In this document: in pieces, positions 51,081 through 64,000 of the stretch | Layout of the letters: each line of letters opens with the position of its first letter | How positions within the stretch are numbered: position 1 is the stretch's first letter | From: Felis catus | Taxonomy: Eukaryota | Direction: 5' to 3' | Length of the DNA: 64,000 nt | Assembly: GCF_018350175.1 (NCBI RefSeq) | Contig: NC_058368.1 | Coordinates: 201,812,001 to 201,876,000 of the forward strand | The notes under the pieces: generated by a model | Databases searched by the model: none | The model's input: the letters and a program-made list of their open reading frames with translations, nothing else | What the model was told of the DNA's origin: nothing | Program-made: the position numbers and the translations under genes

Positions 51081-52585
51081 TAAATACCATGATGAAGAGT
51101 TTAGATTTCACTCTGTGGTCAGTGGAGAAATTAGAAAGGGCTTTAGGAGGAGGAAGTAATATGATCAGATATATACCTAAGAAAGATTATTTTGCTATGG
51201 GTGCAATGGAATGGAATGGAATAAAGCAAGACTGGATTTGGAAAAGGCTTTTGGAATGATGAAAGTAAGAACTGTGGGCAGTGGTCACAGCTAAGGTAGA
51301 GGAGTTGTGGTGGAAAGTACTAGCCATTCAATATCAGCCATTTGACAGATACTAAGGAGTTAAAAATCAGTATGAATATGGTGATTAATTATATATGTAG
51401 GGTATATGGAAGACAAAGGCATCTTGGATGGCACCCAAGTTTTTCACATGGGAAAATATGGGCAAGAAGTGGAGTCAATCAATGGCATGAGGACTTGGGA
51501 GGGAGTGGAAGATGAGATTCATTTTTTATATACTTAGCTTGGAGATTCTTAAAATGTCCAAGTTGTGAAAGGGGGATATACACAAGAGAGATCTGGGCTG
51601 AAAAACAGATCATAGTGTTTAAAAACAAAGAGTCAAGGATTTGGGAGATGTGGGACACGAAAATACAGAGACTAACCAAATGCAAGGGGGTTAATGGAGA
51701 TTTCCCAGAATGTCTGGAGTGGACAAAGGTGGGAGAACAGGCAGGAAACATTCAGTTACGCTGACATTTATGGAACTGAAACAGGAAGAAGAGTCCCTAG
51801 AAGGATGCAGAAGTCAGAGACATGGGGCAGAATGGGGGGTTCATCACCGAGGCCTGGACAGGAGAGCATTTCCAAATGGAAGGCATGATTAATCTTGTGG
51901 AAGGCCACAGCTGCACAAGTCAAGTAACAGCTGCCACCAGTATAGACTGCTGTTAGGGTGAGGAGACAAGCTGAGGATGTAAAGAAAAGAACACAAACAC
52001 TTCCATCAGAAAACTGGCTTTGGGCGGGAGGAAGCCAGGAGCAAAAACAGAATTGGAAGTAAGGGAGGTTTTCTTTGTAAACTTGTTTTAAACTTTTTTT
52101 TTTTTTTTAAGTTGAAACGAGCCACTGAGAAGATGAGTGAGAGAGGGATAAGTCATGGAATGGGTGTGTTCCAGAGCACAACTGGGGCGGGGGGGGGGGG
52201 GGGGGGGGGAGGAGTGGAGAAGGGGCGGGCGCTGGCATATTAGCCACAGGTTTCTTCCAATGGGAGCAACGGATGCTCAAGAGCACAGTGGGGTTGTAGA
52301 CACCTGGCAATGAATAAGCAAAAAGTACTGCTCCCTTTTGGTTATCGATTTTAATGTGAAGTTTGATGGAATGTGTTCTGGAAGAGGTGGAGGAATAAGA
52401 GTTTTGAGAAGAGTAGTAAAAAGAGGAAGAGGAACTACTATGGAAAACAGGAAAACAGACCATGCTTGTTTCTCACTATTCACCATTCTTTCTACGATTT
52501 ATGCAATACTTGATTTGTGAGGGCCCACTGAGGTCAGAGATTGCACGTTAGTGGTCGCTCCTGAGTCTCTACCTGAAGAAATGTT

Positions 52586-52780
52586 TTGTTTTGTTTAACA
52601 TTTATTCAGTTTTGAGAGCCAGAGCGTGAGCAGGACGGGAGAGAGAGAGGGAGACACAGAATCCGAAGCAGGCTGGGCTGGTCAGCACAGAGGCTGATGC
52701 GGGGCTTGAACCCAAGAACCATGAGATCATGACCTGAGCCGAAGTCAGATGCTTAACCGACTGAGCCACCCCGGCGCCCC
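52586..52780 (-). mobile_element. Can-SINE
   Basis: Reverse complement; 18-bp TSD tctacctgaagaaatgtt. Confidence 0.96.
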
Positions 52781-53899
52781 ATCTACCTGAAGAAATGTTA
52801 ACCAGCCCAGGCACAGGAGTGCAATGAGGAGGTAGATCAGTCTTTAGAAGTAGTTTAGCTAGATGTAGTTTCCCACAGAAACATAAAAAGAGGAGAGGAT
52901 ATTGCCAAATGTGTCTTTGGAAATGATGAAACATGGCTAAAAAGGGAAGGGGGGAATTAGGAAGAAGTTACTAGAAACTAAGTGGACCATGAGATCAAAG
53001 GTCTCAATTAAGGGGTAGTAATAATATGAGAGCAGGAAAGATGGAACACTGACAATATCAGAGAATGAGGTGTGTGGGTTAAATACACCAGAGGCTAAGC
53101 AGTTCCAGAGTGTGACCATGAAGTAGGTGGCTAACACGGGGAGGATTTGAAAATACCAGTGTTGAGATCATCAAAGAATTAAGAGACCTGTGGATATCAA
53201 GTAGATCATAGATACGGATCCTTAGAGTCACTCATGTGCTGGCTGAATCTGGAGTTGACAGGAAAAGGGCAAACCGTGTGTCAAAGTCCTCAGTAAATAA
53301 GAGAGAATAACCAGGCATTTGGTAGAGACCAGCAAAAGGGGAAAAAAGGGGGTACAGCAAAAACAGTCAACTTTACAAAAGCCAAAGGATGGAAAAGAAA
53401 GCAGTGGGGATCTCTCTTCCCTTCTCCACACGTCTTCACAGTGACCATTCCAACCTTCTTAATTTCTCTTCCTCTACCTCTACCTTCTGAAAGATTGGAA
53501 GGCATCAAATGAAAATTCTTTTATCTTCTTGCCATCATCACACATAATTCACTGGCCCCAGCTCCCAACTGTAAAGCAAAAGGGCATGAGCCTATGAGGA
53601 GAAGATGACCTCAGGGAAAGTCCAATCCCCACTAAGGCTAGAAACTGATAAGCCTTATTGAGTCTGCACCAGCAGCCGCTGGCTAGAACGTTTCCAAAAG
53701 AATCTTCCAATAAGAAGTAACTACAATCCAGGTGCATGGTGGGGCATATGCCTCATTTAGGAATTATCTAGGTCTATGGACTCCAAGAGACCTTTCTACC
53801 AAGTGAGGCAGGAGGTGAAGGGATAAATTAGTCCCCAGGAACCTCACCAAGTATGCAGAAATTACAACATTTTCTAGGTCATAGAAAAATACAACAGGT

Positions 53900-54280
53900 A
53901 CAGCAATGTTCACCAATATTCCTTTTGCTTCTCTTCACTGTAACCATTATAGGTGGGTAGGTCTACATGATTAATGTGAGCCATGATATGCAATGGAAGT
54001 GATGTGTATCACTTCTAGGTAGAGTTAATGAAAGGCCCATGTAGAATTCTCCAGGTTCTTTCTTTACCTGAAATGTACAATAAGCAGGGTGTATTTCCAG
54101 ATAATGCAATTCAAGAAGGAAGCTCTTCAATCTGGCTCCCCAGGTAATGATATGGAGCTTCCATGAGCCAAAGATGAACATAGACAGTAACAGGAAAATA
54201 AATCTTGGCAGAATTAAGTGGTTCATATTTCACAAGTATTTGGTTACTGCAACATAAGAAGGCTATGCTCACTGAAAGTA
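53900..54280 (+). mobile_element. MLT1H/I-like LTR
   Basis: ggaagtgatgtgtatcacttctagg..aaataaatctt..tttggttactgcaacataa. Confidence 0.65.
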
Positions 54281-55354
54281 GAAAACTTTCATATTGACCA
54301 AGAATATCAAATGCTGTGATTGATGGCTGACAGGAGTGGATAGGGTGGGAAAAATGACAAGAGTAGCCAGCTTAAAGTTTCAAGCAAGTCAGCCTCCTAG
54401 GAAATCTGATCTTGGATATCTAGTACTCTAAAGAATCTCTCCCCTAGAAGGCCAGAGGGTCAAACAGTAGCTTAGCCCAAAGGAACAATGTAGCGTACCT
54501 TGAAGAACTCAGCAAGAAAAATTATTCCTATCTAAACATCTTCCCAAACCCAACCCAATTCCTTTGGCCCAAACAAGGAAGCAGCTCTGAATGATATTTG
54601 TCCGAGATCAAGAATACCAATGTGATCATTTTCTTGTTCTTGATCATTTTCTTGGTACCAGTAATGTACCATGATATTCTTAATTTTCTTAACTGACAAG
54701 GCTATAATAAAAGGAATAAAATGTATTTAGTCACACATCATATATAATGGTTTTAATTCTGTAAAGAATTTAAATGTCACTTGATGAGTACTTGAAGAGT
54801 AAAGCTAGAATTAACTTCTAGGTGTTATATAAATATTAATTGAGAACTTTCATAATTACATTTTATAGAGAGGTGAGAATTACCTGATTTTTATTCCTAT
54901 CATTATTGGTTTAAAGTATTAATACATACTTTATGTCACATTATGTGGGTTTGCAATCACATCAAGTTCAAATGAATTGTGGAAGATTATCTAAAAGAAT
55001 AAAATATTTACACACGATCTCTACCACCTGCACAGGAATGGGGTGGATCATTATGACATGTTCTGATCTATTTCCCAGTAAATCTCTATCTCCTGAGAGG
55101 CCTCTTCTTATGTAATGCACTCTCAACAGGGTTCTTTGGGGTTCATGGCAAAAATAGTGGTTACAGAAGTCTGCCCTCGGCACACTCAAATCCAGGAGGG
55201 TATTTCATTTGTGCTACAGACGCTGTGTGTCAGACTGGCCTATCCTCACATCACACAGTACACTTACTTGCCTAAGATAAGTCCAACTGCTCCCTAGATT
55301 TTCCAAGGCCCAACAGAAAAATAAACTGTGAAATGGAGGTGGAAAAACTCTCTC

Positions 55355-55807
55355 CGGCAGACTTCGGGGTTGTCACACCAACATCTAATCCCTTTTTCTT
55401 AGAAATGTTCCTATTATTCATCATCATATCCTATCTTCCTCAGGGTAGCTAATTTGAGGACAGCTAATTTTACCCCTGACTCTAGCAATGGGAATGGAAT
55501 TGAGGCCTAAAATAATCAGCTTTTGAAAGCATTTCCCCTCTCTGGATATGGAAGAGGAAAAAGCACTGGAGTTTCAGCAGCTGTCTCGCAATCCCACGAG
55601 GAAGGGATAGTAGCCGACATGGAAGGCAAGAGTCGACCTCTGGAAAGAAACCAAGTTGCTGAAGACACTGTTAAGCCCTAAACCAGTCAACTCGGAAACC
55701 CAGTTTACCACCCAATCTAGAGCCAGATAAACAAGAAAATTCTTTTTTATTTCAGCCAATCTGAGTTATTTTCTCATTAGCAAATAAACGCATCCTGACA
55801 CACACAG
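55355..55807 (+). mobile_element. MLT1 (J/K/L-like) LTR
   Basis: 3' end cagccaatctgagttattttctcattagcaaataaacgcatcctgacacacaca. Confidence 0.55.
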
Positions 55808-56923
55808 ATTTCAAGACAAACAGCTCTCCTGTGGTGCTCCATGCCCTGAAAGACTGCTGTGCATTCCGGAATTCCTGGATTGCTGATCCCCATTCTTTAA
55901 TCAACTAAAAACATTTTTAAATACAAAAAGAATGATTAGGAATATCAGAAAACCTGCATTCCTGAAAAAGAAACATACAGATAACTGGTCTGGAGCAATT
56001 GCTATAAATGGACCAGCTGAAGCAACAGAAATGCTAAGATTTGATCTTCACTGGATGGAAATGCAAAAGAACCACGAGTCCCCGGATTGACCAGCAAGCA
56101 CACCACCTACAAAGAGACCTCATCCCATACCCTGCTTCTGGGGAAGGAACAGCAGGCAGGAAGAGAAATATCTGCCATTTGTGACACTTACTAAACTGGC
56201 TTTCAAAGCGGCCATACGGATATAATCATTTTTAAAAGTCTATGCTATAAAGATGAAGTCAAATGAGTCCTAGAAGTCACTCCTGACCGTGGTTCACAAA
56301 TAACAGTAAGTTATCCCTAAAATACTGTCATAACGTTTCTGACAGGCTCAGGTGATTTAAGCAGCAGTTGGATGCTGGTTCTCTGTCAAGTCTACACTTA
56401 GGCACTTTATCAGTTTTATGACATTATGTAAATTGAAGAGAAACAGAATCAATGAATATATACATATAACTTTAGTTACCACTTATTATTCTCAATCCAC
56501 CGTTTTTCCAACCCATAATTTTCATGTTAGCTCAGCATTCGTACATCTTTACAGATATTCATCTGAGACTACACGCTTAATTATGGTTTTATACAACTAG
56601 TTCAAAACATCAACGTATCTACGTCATTTGGCAGTGACAAAGGCTACTGACATCAGCACTATTATTTTCCTTTTCCAAAAACACAATTCCAAATTGAGAA
56701 ATAATCAAGGAGAGAAATACTCCTCCCTTCTATCCTAATTTAGGAGGTAGAGTCTTTATTTCTTTTCAGACCCAAAATAGAGAATCGGGCACACATTATT
56801 AATTTATCTGCTTTCACTTGCTCTGATTGAAATTAAAGATTAACATTTTCAGGCTGGTAGTCAAAACTGTCCACTCATTATTCAATGAACTTCAAGAACC
56901 AACCAGCTAACAAGTCACCTAAA

Positions 56924-57084
56924 GGACTCCTGGGTGGCTGAGTCAGTTAAGTGTCCAACTCTGGATTTCAGCTCAGGTCATGATCTCACTCTTATGAGAT
57001 CGAGCCCCACGATCAGGACTCTGGAGTACGGGCGTGGAGCCTGCTTAAGACTCTCTTTTCCTCTGCCCCTGCCCCCTTCTCTCA

Positions 57085-57115
<31 letters not shown>

Positions 57116-57130
57116 ATGAATGAATGAATA
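56924..57130 (+). mobile_element. Can-SINE with (TAAA)n tail
   Basis: Head, body and (taaa)n(tgaa)n tail; TSD tcacctaa. Confidence 0.94.
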
Positions 57131-57313
57131 TCACCTAAGCTAGGAAATCTTCACTAGCCTTCCCAAAAAAGGCATGCATTCTTGTACTAGAACATCCTAT
57201 CAATATTCATTGGAAATATCTTAAGTTCATATCCCTGATAATTAACATATTTTAATTCAAACTATGGATTAACACATGCTTTGTAATGCTAGTTAAAGAA
57301 TATAAATATTAGA

Positions 57314-57478
57314 GAGGTACCTGGGTGGCTCATTTGGTTGAGAGTCTGACTCTTGATTTCAGCTCAGGCCATGATCTCACATTTCGTGAGTTCAAGTCTC
57401 CCATCAGGTTCTGCACTGCTAGTGCTGAGCCTGCTTGAGATGATCTCTCTCACACTCTCTCTGCCCCTCCCCAGCTCG

Positions 57479-57514
<36 letters not shown>

Positions 57515-57539
57515 ATAATAAACTTTAAAAATTTTTTAA
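57314..57539 (+). mobile_element. Can-SINE
   Basis: TSD aaagaat(a/g)taaatattaga. Confidence 0.95.
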
Positions 57540-57999
57540 AAAGAATGTAAATATTAGAAACTTTTTTAAGCCTCTACCTAGTAATATTTTCATTAAGTAA
57601 CAAACGATTCTAGGCGTGCTATGTAAAATAAGACACATGTAAAACTAAATAAATAAAAATATGATAGATGTATCTTAAATGGAAGAAGTAGAGTGTAAGG
57701 AGCTGTTTTTCTTGTTTGTTTGCTATTATTACTTGTGGTTTTTTTTTAAATAAGAAAAAAATAGTTCTTATAGTACAGATTATAATTTAGGAAAAAAAAC
57801 ATGAAGTTATGTTGTATATCTTTTACAGTAGAAGTTAGAGTAGTTCTAAAATCGGAAAGGAAAAATGAACTTACAAAGTAAATATATATGTCAGTGATAT
57901 TGGTCAAAGATCAACTATTGCTGGGATTGGCAATGTTATATCATAGCACAATTACACATATTGGGAATTTTAAAAATAAAATATGAACACATAATATAA

Positions 58000-58122
58000 A
58001 GAGGGCAGAAGTCACCCTAATCATTCATCTTTGTATTCCCATTTAGGGCACCTGTGATAGTGTCTTCAGTGTAATTGGTATTCAACAAATATTTGTTAAA
58101 TGAATGAATATAGAATGAATGA
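58000..58122 (+). mobile_element. L2 3' end
   Basis: ttcatctttgtattcccc..ttcaacaaatatttgttaaatgaatgaat. Confidence 0.7.
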
Positions 58123-60185
58123 TGAGAAAATGATAAACAGCTCCTCATCTCCTGGGAGTTCCATGCCGGAGTTCAAGAGCTACTTTTTTTTAAATACAAT
58201 TAATCCTCAATGTCCTTGTAAAATAGCCAAAGGGAAAATGTATTTACACTACATCTGAAATTGATGGAATCTACTGAGGGGTCAAACATCTTCCTCAAAG
58301 TAAATAAAGCATTCACCTTCCAGCTAGAAACAGGGTGTTTAAATCATTTCCTAGGTGGATGGCTCTCAGTCTGAGCCCTGCAGCAGGGAGTGACCACAGG
58401 AACTCTCCTCAACCTTTTAGGAGAAATCCCTGCCCCTGCCCCGCTACCCCAGTTCTGCTGCTAAACCTTTCGGTCTACTGGTCACTGCTTTTCCAGTTCC
58501 TTTTTGGTCCCTCCCCCTCCTAATCCACAAATACTGGGACCAAGTCTTTTCCAGGTCAATCCTGATTTCTGTCCTGCCTTCCCCAAATGTACTCACATGT
58601 ATCAGACCATATGTTCTAATATTAGCTGGGGGGGGGAGGGGGGGCGGCGGAGAGCCATCACACTTGTATATGAGTTCACAGAAAAACAGTTTACTAACAT
58701 TTGAAAACACCATCATTATTCTAAGTTCACCTCTGGTCCACAGTTAAGCAATTAGAATATAAATATATGCTATATTCCTATTCGTAAGGATACTACTTAC
58801 GAATTGGAAGTCTGACACAACATTTATGTGACCTAATTTTGAAAATTTAAAATAGTATAAGGCCTCTAGGCTTAATTTTATAAGGGAAAGATTAAAGGGA
58901 CACAAGCAGGCACAGATTTATCTCTCCGTGCTACAGGACACTGGCAGTTTTTTTTAACTTGAAACATCCGATATTTAAAATGCCAAACTTCTACATTTCT
59001 CTAGTAACAAGGTGGTTATCAGACTGAATAACATTTTCTGTACTTTCTCTCCAGTAAGTAGAATTAATATTAACACATGAACTGAAAATGTTAAGTGACT
59101 ATAAATAAGCCAAAATGATTTCATTAAAATTTAGCTTAGCAAATGTTACTTTCATATTCTTGGTGGTAACCCTTTTTGTTCATATTTAAAGGCAACGAAC
59201 AATTGACAAGCAAAGAAGCTGACATCACATGTTAGCCCCACCCCGGTGTGTATTCAGTCAGCCTCACCTCACATCTAGGTTTCTCCACTCAGCAGAAGAG
59301 GAGGATGTACTGACATTTGGGAAAACAAGTTTCTAATGACACAGCCTTGACCAAACAGCAATACCCCACCATCAGTACTGCCATTTGCCCATAGGACCAA
59401 GGGTACCATGAGCAACAGTTACACTGCTTTGCAGCCAAAGCACTAATCAGAGGATGTGAAATAATAACTATGAAATCAAGCACAGAAGAAAACAAAACAC
59501 AAGGAAAGGTTTTAAACCACCAAAGTAAGTCACAAAGCCATGTCTTTACATTCCCTCTCGTCCCTGAACAAAGTCTGTGCCATTTTAGAAACGATTCTAA
59601 CAAGCTCGGTTATTTGGTTTCCAATCACAGTAACCACTGAATTAATTAGTTCCCCCTTAATGACCAAACTAAACAGTTTGCTTTTTCACTCAGGCCTTCT
59701 CACAGACTCTAAAGAACTTCAGGATGAAAGAAACTTCTGTTTTGATTCTGGAGTCTCCTCTACAACTTAAAAATCAAAGACTTTTATTTTGGGTTAAGTG
59801 CTTCACAACTAGTTGAAACTGAAATTAAGTTTTATATGAAGCTCTCAGACTATCTGAAGCTATAAGAATAATAAACTTGTTACTATAGATGATCAAAGAG
59901 TAATGTTCACTATCGCTTTTTTCCAGCTTCCCAAAGCCTACCTCCGCCCCCCTCACCATTTTAGGGACAAGAAATAAAAGATGCTTAAAAGTCACCGTCC
60001 ACCCACATCCAGGATGATTAAATGACGTTTGCCTCATAGATCAGTGACCCAACAGACCTTCAAGAATGGAAGAACTGGATTCAAAGCCAAACACACTTAA
60101 AGCCAAAAAGAAAAAAAAAAAAAAAAAAGCTTGTAGATATTGGGAAAACAAATTTCAATTGCTCAATTGTATTTCACTGGAACAT

Positions 60186-60424
60186 TTTTGTTTGTTTAAG
60201 TTTATTTATGTATTTATTTATTTTGAGAGAGAGAGAGAGAAAGAGCTAGAACAAGCGGGTGAGGGGCAGAGGGAGGGGGAGAGAGAGAAAATCCCAAGCA
60301 GGCTCCGCACTGTCAGCACAGAGCCCGTTGTGGGGCCTGAACTCAGAAACCAAGGGATCATGACCTGAGCCTACAGGAAACTAAAAGCCAGATACTTAAC
60401 CAACTTGAGCCCCCAGGCGTCCCC
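60186..60424 (-). mobile_element. Can-SINE
   Basis: Reverse-complement SINE. Confidence 0.94.
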
Positions 60425-61492
60425 TAAAACAATTGTTTTTAATAAAACAAGAAATAGTTAAGACATTAAGTTCTTTTAAGATTTTAGGAAAAAGTAGGAT
60501 TTTTAATGGAATCAGACAGATTTGATTGTTCTAGTATACCTATGGTAATACATATTCTTTTGAGTTGGAACTAAGACTCACTAATGTCCTATTATTAGGG
60601 AAAGTATCTACGTAAAATTCATTATTAAGAAAACAAGGTCTGTTTTAATGCATGAAAAAAGATAAAACTCAGCATTTTATACAATTTCAACCATCTGCGA
60701 AATTTTTAATACACTTAAAGTATTCATGCACCCTTTCAAGTAGGGTATCAAAAATAATTTTTGCTTGTTTGTTTGAATGCTAATGCATTGCTTTTATGAA
60801 AATCAGGCATGCCCTTAGGTCATAAAAACATACAGGGCTGATGGATCTTTGCCAGACAGATGAAGATTTTACTCTTTTAATTTAAATCTGATATTCTAAT
60901 TCTGTCTTCTTACACATGGCCTCCCACATTACTGAGAGGCTAACCCTTCAAGCAGGGCGGCCTTAGTTTCTAGGAGAGGAAAGGCACATGAAAGTGAAAC
61001 ATACTTTATGAGACAACAGTGTTTTTCTTTTCTGAGTGTGCGGCACTTAAGCAAGTTTTCTGGGGGGTGTGGGGGAAATCAATTCATGTATTTGCCAGGT
61101 GGTATGCTTCAATTGTGATAATAGTTGCTCCACAGAAATCGTACACAGACTTCCACAAAGACAGACACACACAGTGAATGGAGGAGCAATGGGAACACGG
61201 CTGGTTCATAGATGACCCCTATGCTCAGCCACACTGTTTCCCACCTTACGTGTCATAGCAACTCCAAGAGCCCTGAGAGTCACTGTGGAAAAAGATAAAA
61301 CACCGGGAGCTTACAGAGAACGTGGAGGGGGTGTGAAGTAGAGGGGAGGGGGCTACAGAAAGTAAGGCTACAGACCACGGGTGCAGGGTAAGGAAGGAGG
61401 CAGAAGCGGTGAGCCTACGGTAAATATCTGGTCCCGAACACCTCCCAGAGAATCTGAGGATCTTTCCCTTTACAACACGGCTTAACATTAAC

Positions 61493-61697
61493 TTTTTTTT
61501 TTTTAATATTTATTTATTTTTGAGAGAGAACACACGTGGAAGAGGAGCAGAAAGATAAGAAGACACAGAATCTCAAGCAGGCTCCAGGCTCTAAACTGTC
61601 AGCACAGAGCCCAACGCGGGGCTCGAACCCAAAGGCCGAGAGATCATGACCCAAGCCGAAGTCAGACGCTGAACCGACTGAGCCAGCCAGACGCCCC
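61493..61697 (-). mobile_element. Can-SINE (SINEC_Fc)
   Basis: Reverse-complement SINE with T tail. Confidence 0.95.
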
Positions 61698-61752
61698 TAA
61701 AATTAATTTAAATTTTCAACCAGATACTTTAATTAAAAATGTAAATGCTGTT

Positions 61753-61951
61753 GGGACCCCTGGGTGACTCAGTCGGTTAAGGATCTGACTTGATTTCCAC
61801 TCAGGTCATGATTTCACAGTCGTGGGATTGAGTCCCACATCAGGCTCCTCGCTGAGCATGGAGCCTGTTAAGATTTTCTCTCCCTTTCTCTCTGCCCCTC
61901 GCTCCCGCTAGCAATGTCCCCCTCTGTCTCTCAAAAATAAATACACATTTA
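61753..61951 (+). mobile_element. Can-SINE hosting a nested SINE
   Basis: Outer TSD aaaaatgtaaatg(c/t)tg is repeated after the nested copy. Confidence 0.93.
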
Positions 61952-62181
61952 GGGGCGCCTGGGTGGCTCAGTCAGTTAAGCGTCCGACTTCGGCTCAGGT
62001 CACGATCTCGCGGTATGTGAGTTCGAGCCCCGCGTCGGGCTCTGTGCTGACTGCTCAGAGCCTGGAGCCTGTTTCCGATTCTGTGTCTCCCTCTCTCTCT
62101 GCCCCTCCCCCGTTCATGCTCTGTCTCTCTCTGTCTCAAAAATAAATAAACGTTAAAAAAAAATTAAAAAAAAAATAAATG
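61952..62181 (+). mobile_element. Young Can-SINE nested in the tail of the previous SINE
   Basis: CpG-rich; TSD aataaatacacattta (61936-61951 and 62182-62197). Confidence 0.97.
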
Positions 62182-62993
62182 AATAAATACACATTTAAAA
62201 AAATGTAAATGTTGAGGCAATCCAGTGTATAAAGTTGCTTTCGCCACCTTTTCCTTCCAACAGCTTCTCATTTACCCTTTCCATGGAATAAATGAGAAAT
62301 TTGCTTGGGACAAAAACGTGACAGTAACTTAGAAGCAAGAATTAGGATCTGTTTATCCCGTATCAGTTGTTTAGTGAGCCTTTGTTCAGTTATTTCTTGA
62401 TAACAAAATTCATGCTTTTCACTTACGTATACATACATACATACATTGAAAGAAACTTTTTAGCTAACTGCTGTGTAGGAGGAAGTTGTGACATTTATCT
62501 GCCAGCATCAGCAAAAGTGAGAGCTTGACCCTCAACAGACTATTGCACTTCATCTCATGGTTACCCTGTGTCACTCGGCCCTGGAACCACCACTTGCCTA
62601 TTGGGCAAAGCGATGATGCAGCCGTGAAATTAAAAGTTGTTCCCTATAAAAACGACAGCAACAACAGAAAAAGGTTTTTCCCTACAGAGAAGGTTGTTAC
62701 ATGTCAGAAAATGCAAGAAAAGTCAGCAGAAACTGCTGCATGTATCAGAATATACCCTGACTTCCTAAGGATCAGGGAGACTGGGACACTGCAAGGTACC
62801 TGCAAGACAAAGGCTCTTGTGGTGGCCCTAAAACACATTTCAGCTGCCTTTCCAGAGAAACTACTTAATTTCCAGTATTACACAACTCAGGTAAAGAATG
62901 GAGAAAAAAAAAAAATACAAGGGTAAGCAAACCAAGGAATATAAACAAAAACCTAAAATTTTTCAGGTTAGATAAAAAATCCTAACTATTCTA

Positions 62994-63213
62994 GGGGCAC
63001 CTGGGTGGCTCAGTCAGCTAAGCGTCTGACGGTTGATTTCAGCTCAGGTCATGATCTCAGTCGTGGGATCGAGCCCCGAGCTGGGCTCAGCACCAAGTGT
63101 GGATTCTCTACTTGGGATTCTCTCCTTCTCCCACTCTCTGCCCCTCCCCTGCTTGTGAATGTACACACACGTGCACTCTCTCTCTCTCTCTCTCAAAATA
63201 AATAAATAAATAG
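62994..63213 (+). mobile_element. Can-SINE
   Basis: TSD aaatcctaa(c/g)tattcta. Confidence 0.95.
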
Positions 63214-63751
63214 AAATCCTAAGTATTCTAGAACTGTAGGTGAAGATCAGGAATCTAGACTAGTGGAGAGGAAAAGCATTATCACTGAATGCTGTGGTGA
63301 CCTGATAATGGCCAAAAGTGAGTCTGGAGAACCTTTAGATTCTAAAAATGATAAAAGTTTAGCCTTGGACTTTGTGACACTGAAAAAAAAAAACAAAAAC
63401 AAAAAACCCAGCACACAATTATACGAGTGAACATATACTTTGTTATTTATTGGGAAAAAAAAATAGCATGCAATTATAAAAATAAACATATGCTATTGCT
63501 ATTTTTTACTTTTATGTACATTTAATGTAATTTTTATTAGAAGTTGTTATTCAATGATAGTAGAGAAATGGAGAAAATTTTATATTTCCAAACCAGTCAG
63601 AGCAGTTGTCCTACCAAAAAAGGGGGGCAATTTTTTTTTTCCTTACTCTGCCTGCTCCTGAGGTCCTGGTTCCAGGAATTGGGCTAGTGCTTAACTAATG
63701 ATATCAAGTACTACCTGCTCTGACAGGTGCTAAGCTGGACACATCAGCATA

Positions 63752-64000
63752 TGTGCAGGAAAGGGTTAATGCAAGCCTTGGTTGCTCAAAGCCTGCACAT
63801 TCCCAAGAAAGGCCTGTCTTCAAGACTGGCCCTGGGCCAGTTCCAAGGAAATAAGCTCTGAGCCCTTAGAATATTCTGCCTGGTAAGAGTGCTTCCGTAT
63901 GCCCTAAGTCTTGGGCCATGCAATACCACTTTGCTCAGACAGTTTATGCTAACAAATGTGATGTATGGTGAAACCATTTTTGCTCTGGGAGGCTGGATTC
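63752..64000 (+). mobile_element. ERVL LTR, MER77-like (runs off the window end)
   Basis: Starts tgtgcaggaaagggttaa..ggttgctcaaagcctgcacattcc..gaatattctgcctggtaagagtg..agtttatgctaac. Confidence 0.75.

Larger units (their letters stand above)
50437..53230 (-). mobile_element. Long degraded L2 remnant interrupted by SINEs
   Basis: Starts cattcattccttcaa..ggcactgtgct. Internal cagggaaaacttcttggagga, agtaatatgatcagat, gagatctgggctgaaaaacagat and purine-rich body resemble antisense L2; distal boundary uncertain. Confidence 0.6.

Noticed and set aside
62525..62926. 133-aa ORF
   Set aside because: TTG start, no recognisable domain, ends in an A-run; consistent with chance.
1..64000. CRISPR array, operon or other prokaryotic system
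   Set aside because: No regularly spaced repeat-spacer array and no gene-dense DNA; the sequence is mammalian.

Overview
This is mammalian, almost certainly felid (cat-like), non-coding genomic DNA. I found no protein-coding gene, tRNA or rRNA gene, or CRISPR array that the sequence supports. The window holds about 40 carnivore tRNA-derived SINEs (Can-SINE/SINEC; 28 on +, 12 on -), most with visible target-site duplications. It also holds a near full-length dead Tigger1 transposon (12840-15212, -), a Tigger5/MER47-type element nested in a HAL1 remnant, several MLT1 (ERVL-MaLR) LTRs, a MER77-like LTR, other old DNA-transposon relics, L1/L2/MIR fragments and microsatellites. Many ORF-track entries come from SINEs or simple repeats, and none of the rest matches a protein I recognise. 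The best-formed splice signals lie on the minus strand, so the window may sit inside a long intron of a minus-strand gene; this is inference and I could not identify the gene. I found no convincing new biological system. The best leads are enhancer-like repeat-free blocks, a few candidate minus-strand exons, one oddly protein-like 64-aa ORF, closely spaced inverted SINE pairs and several palindromes. Repeat family names come from recalled consensus sequences, not a database search, and boundaries of old repeats are approximate.
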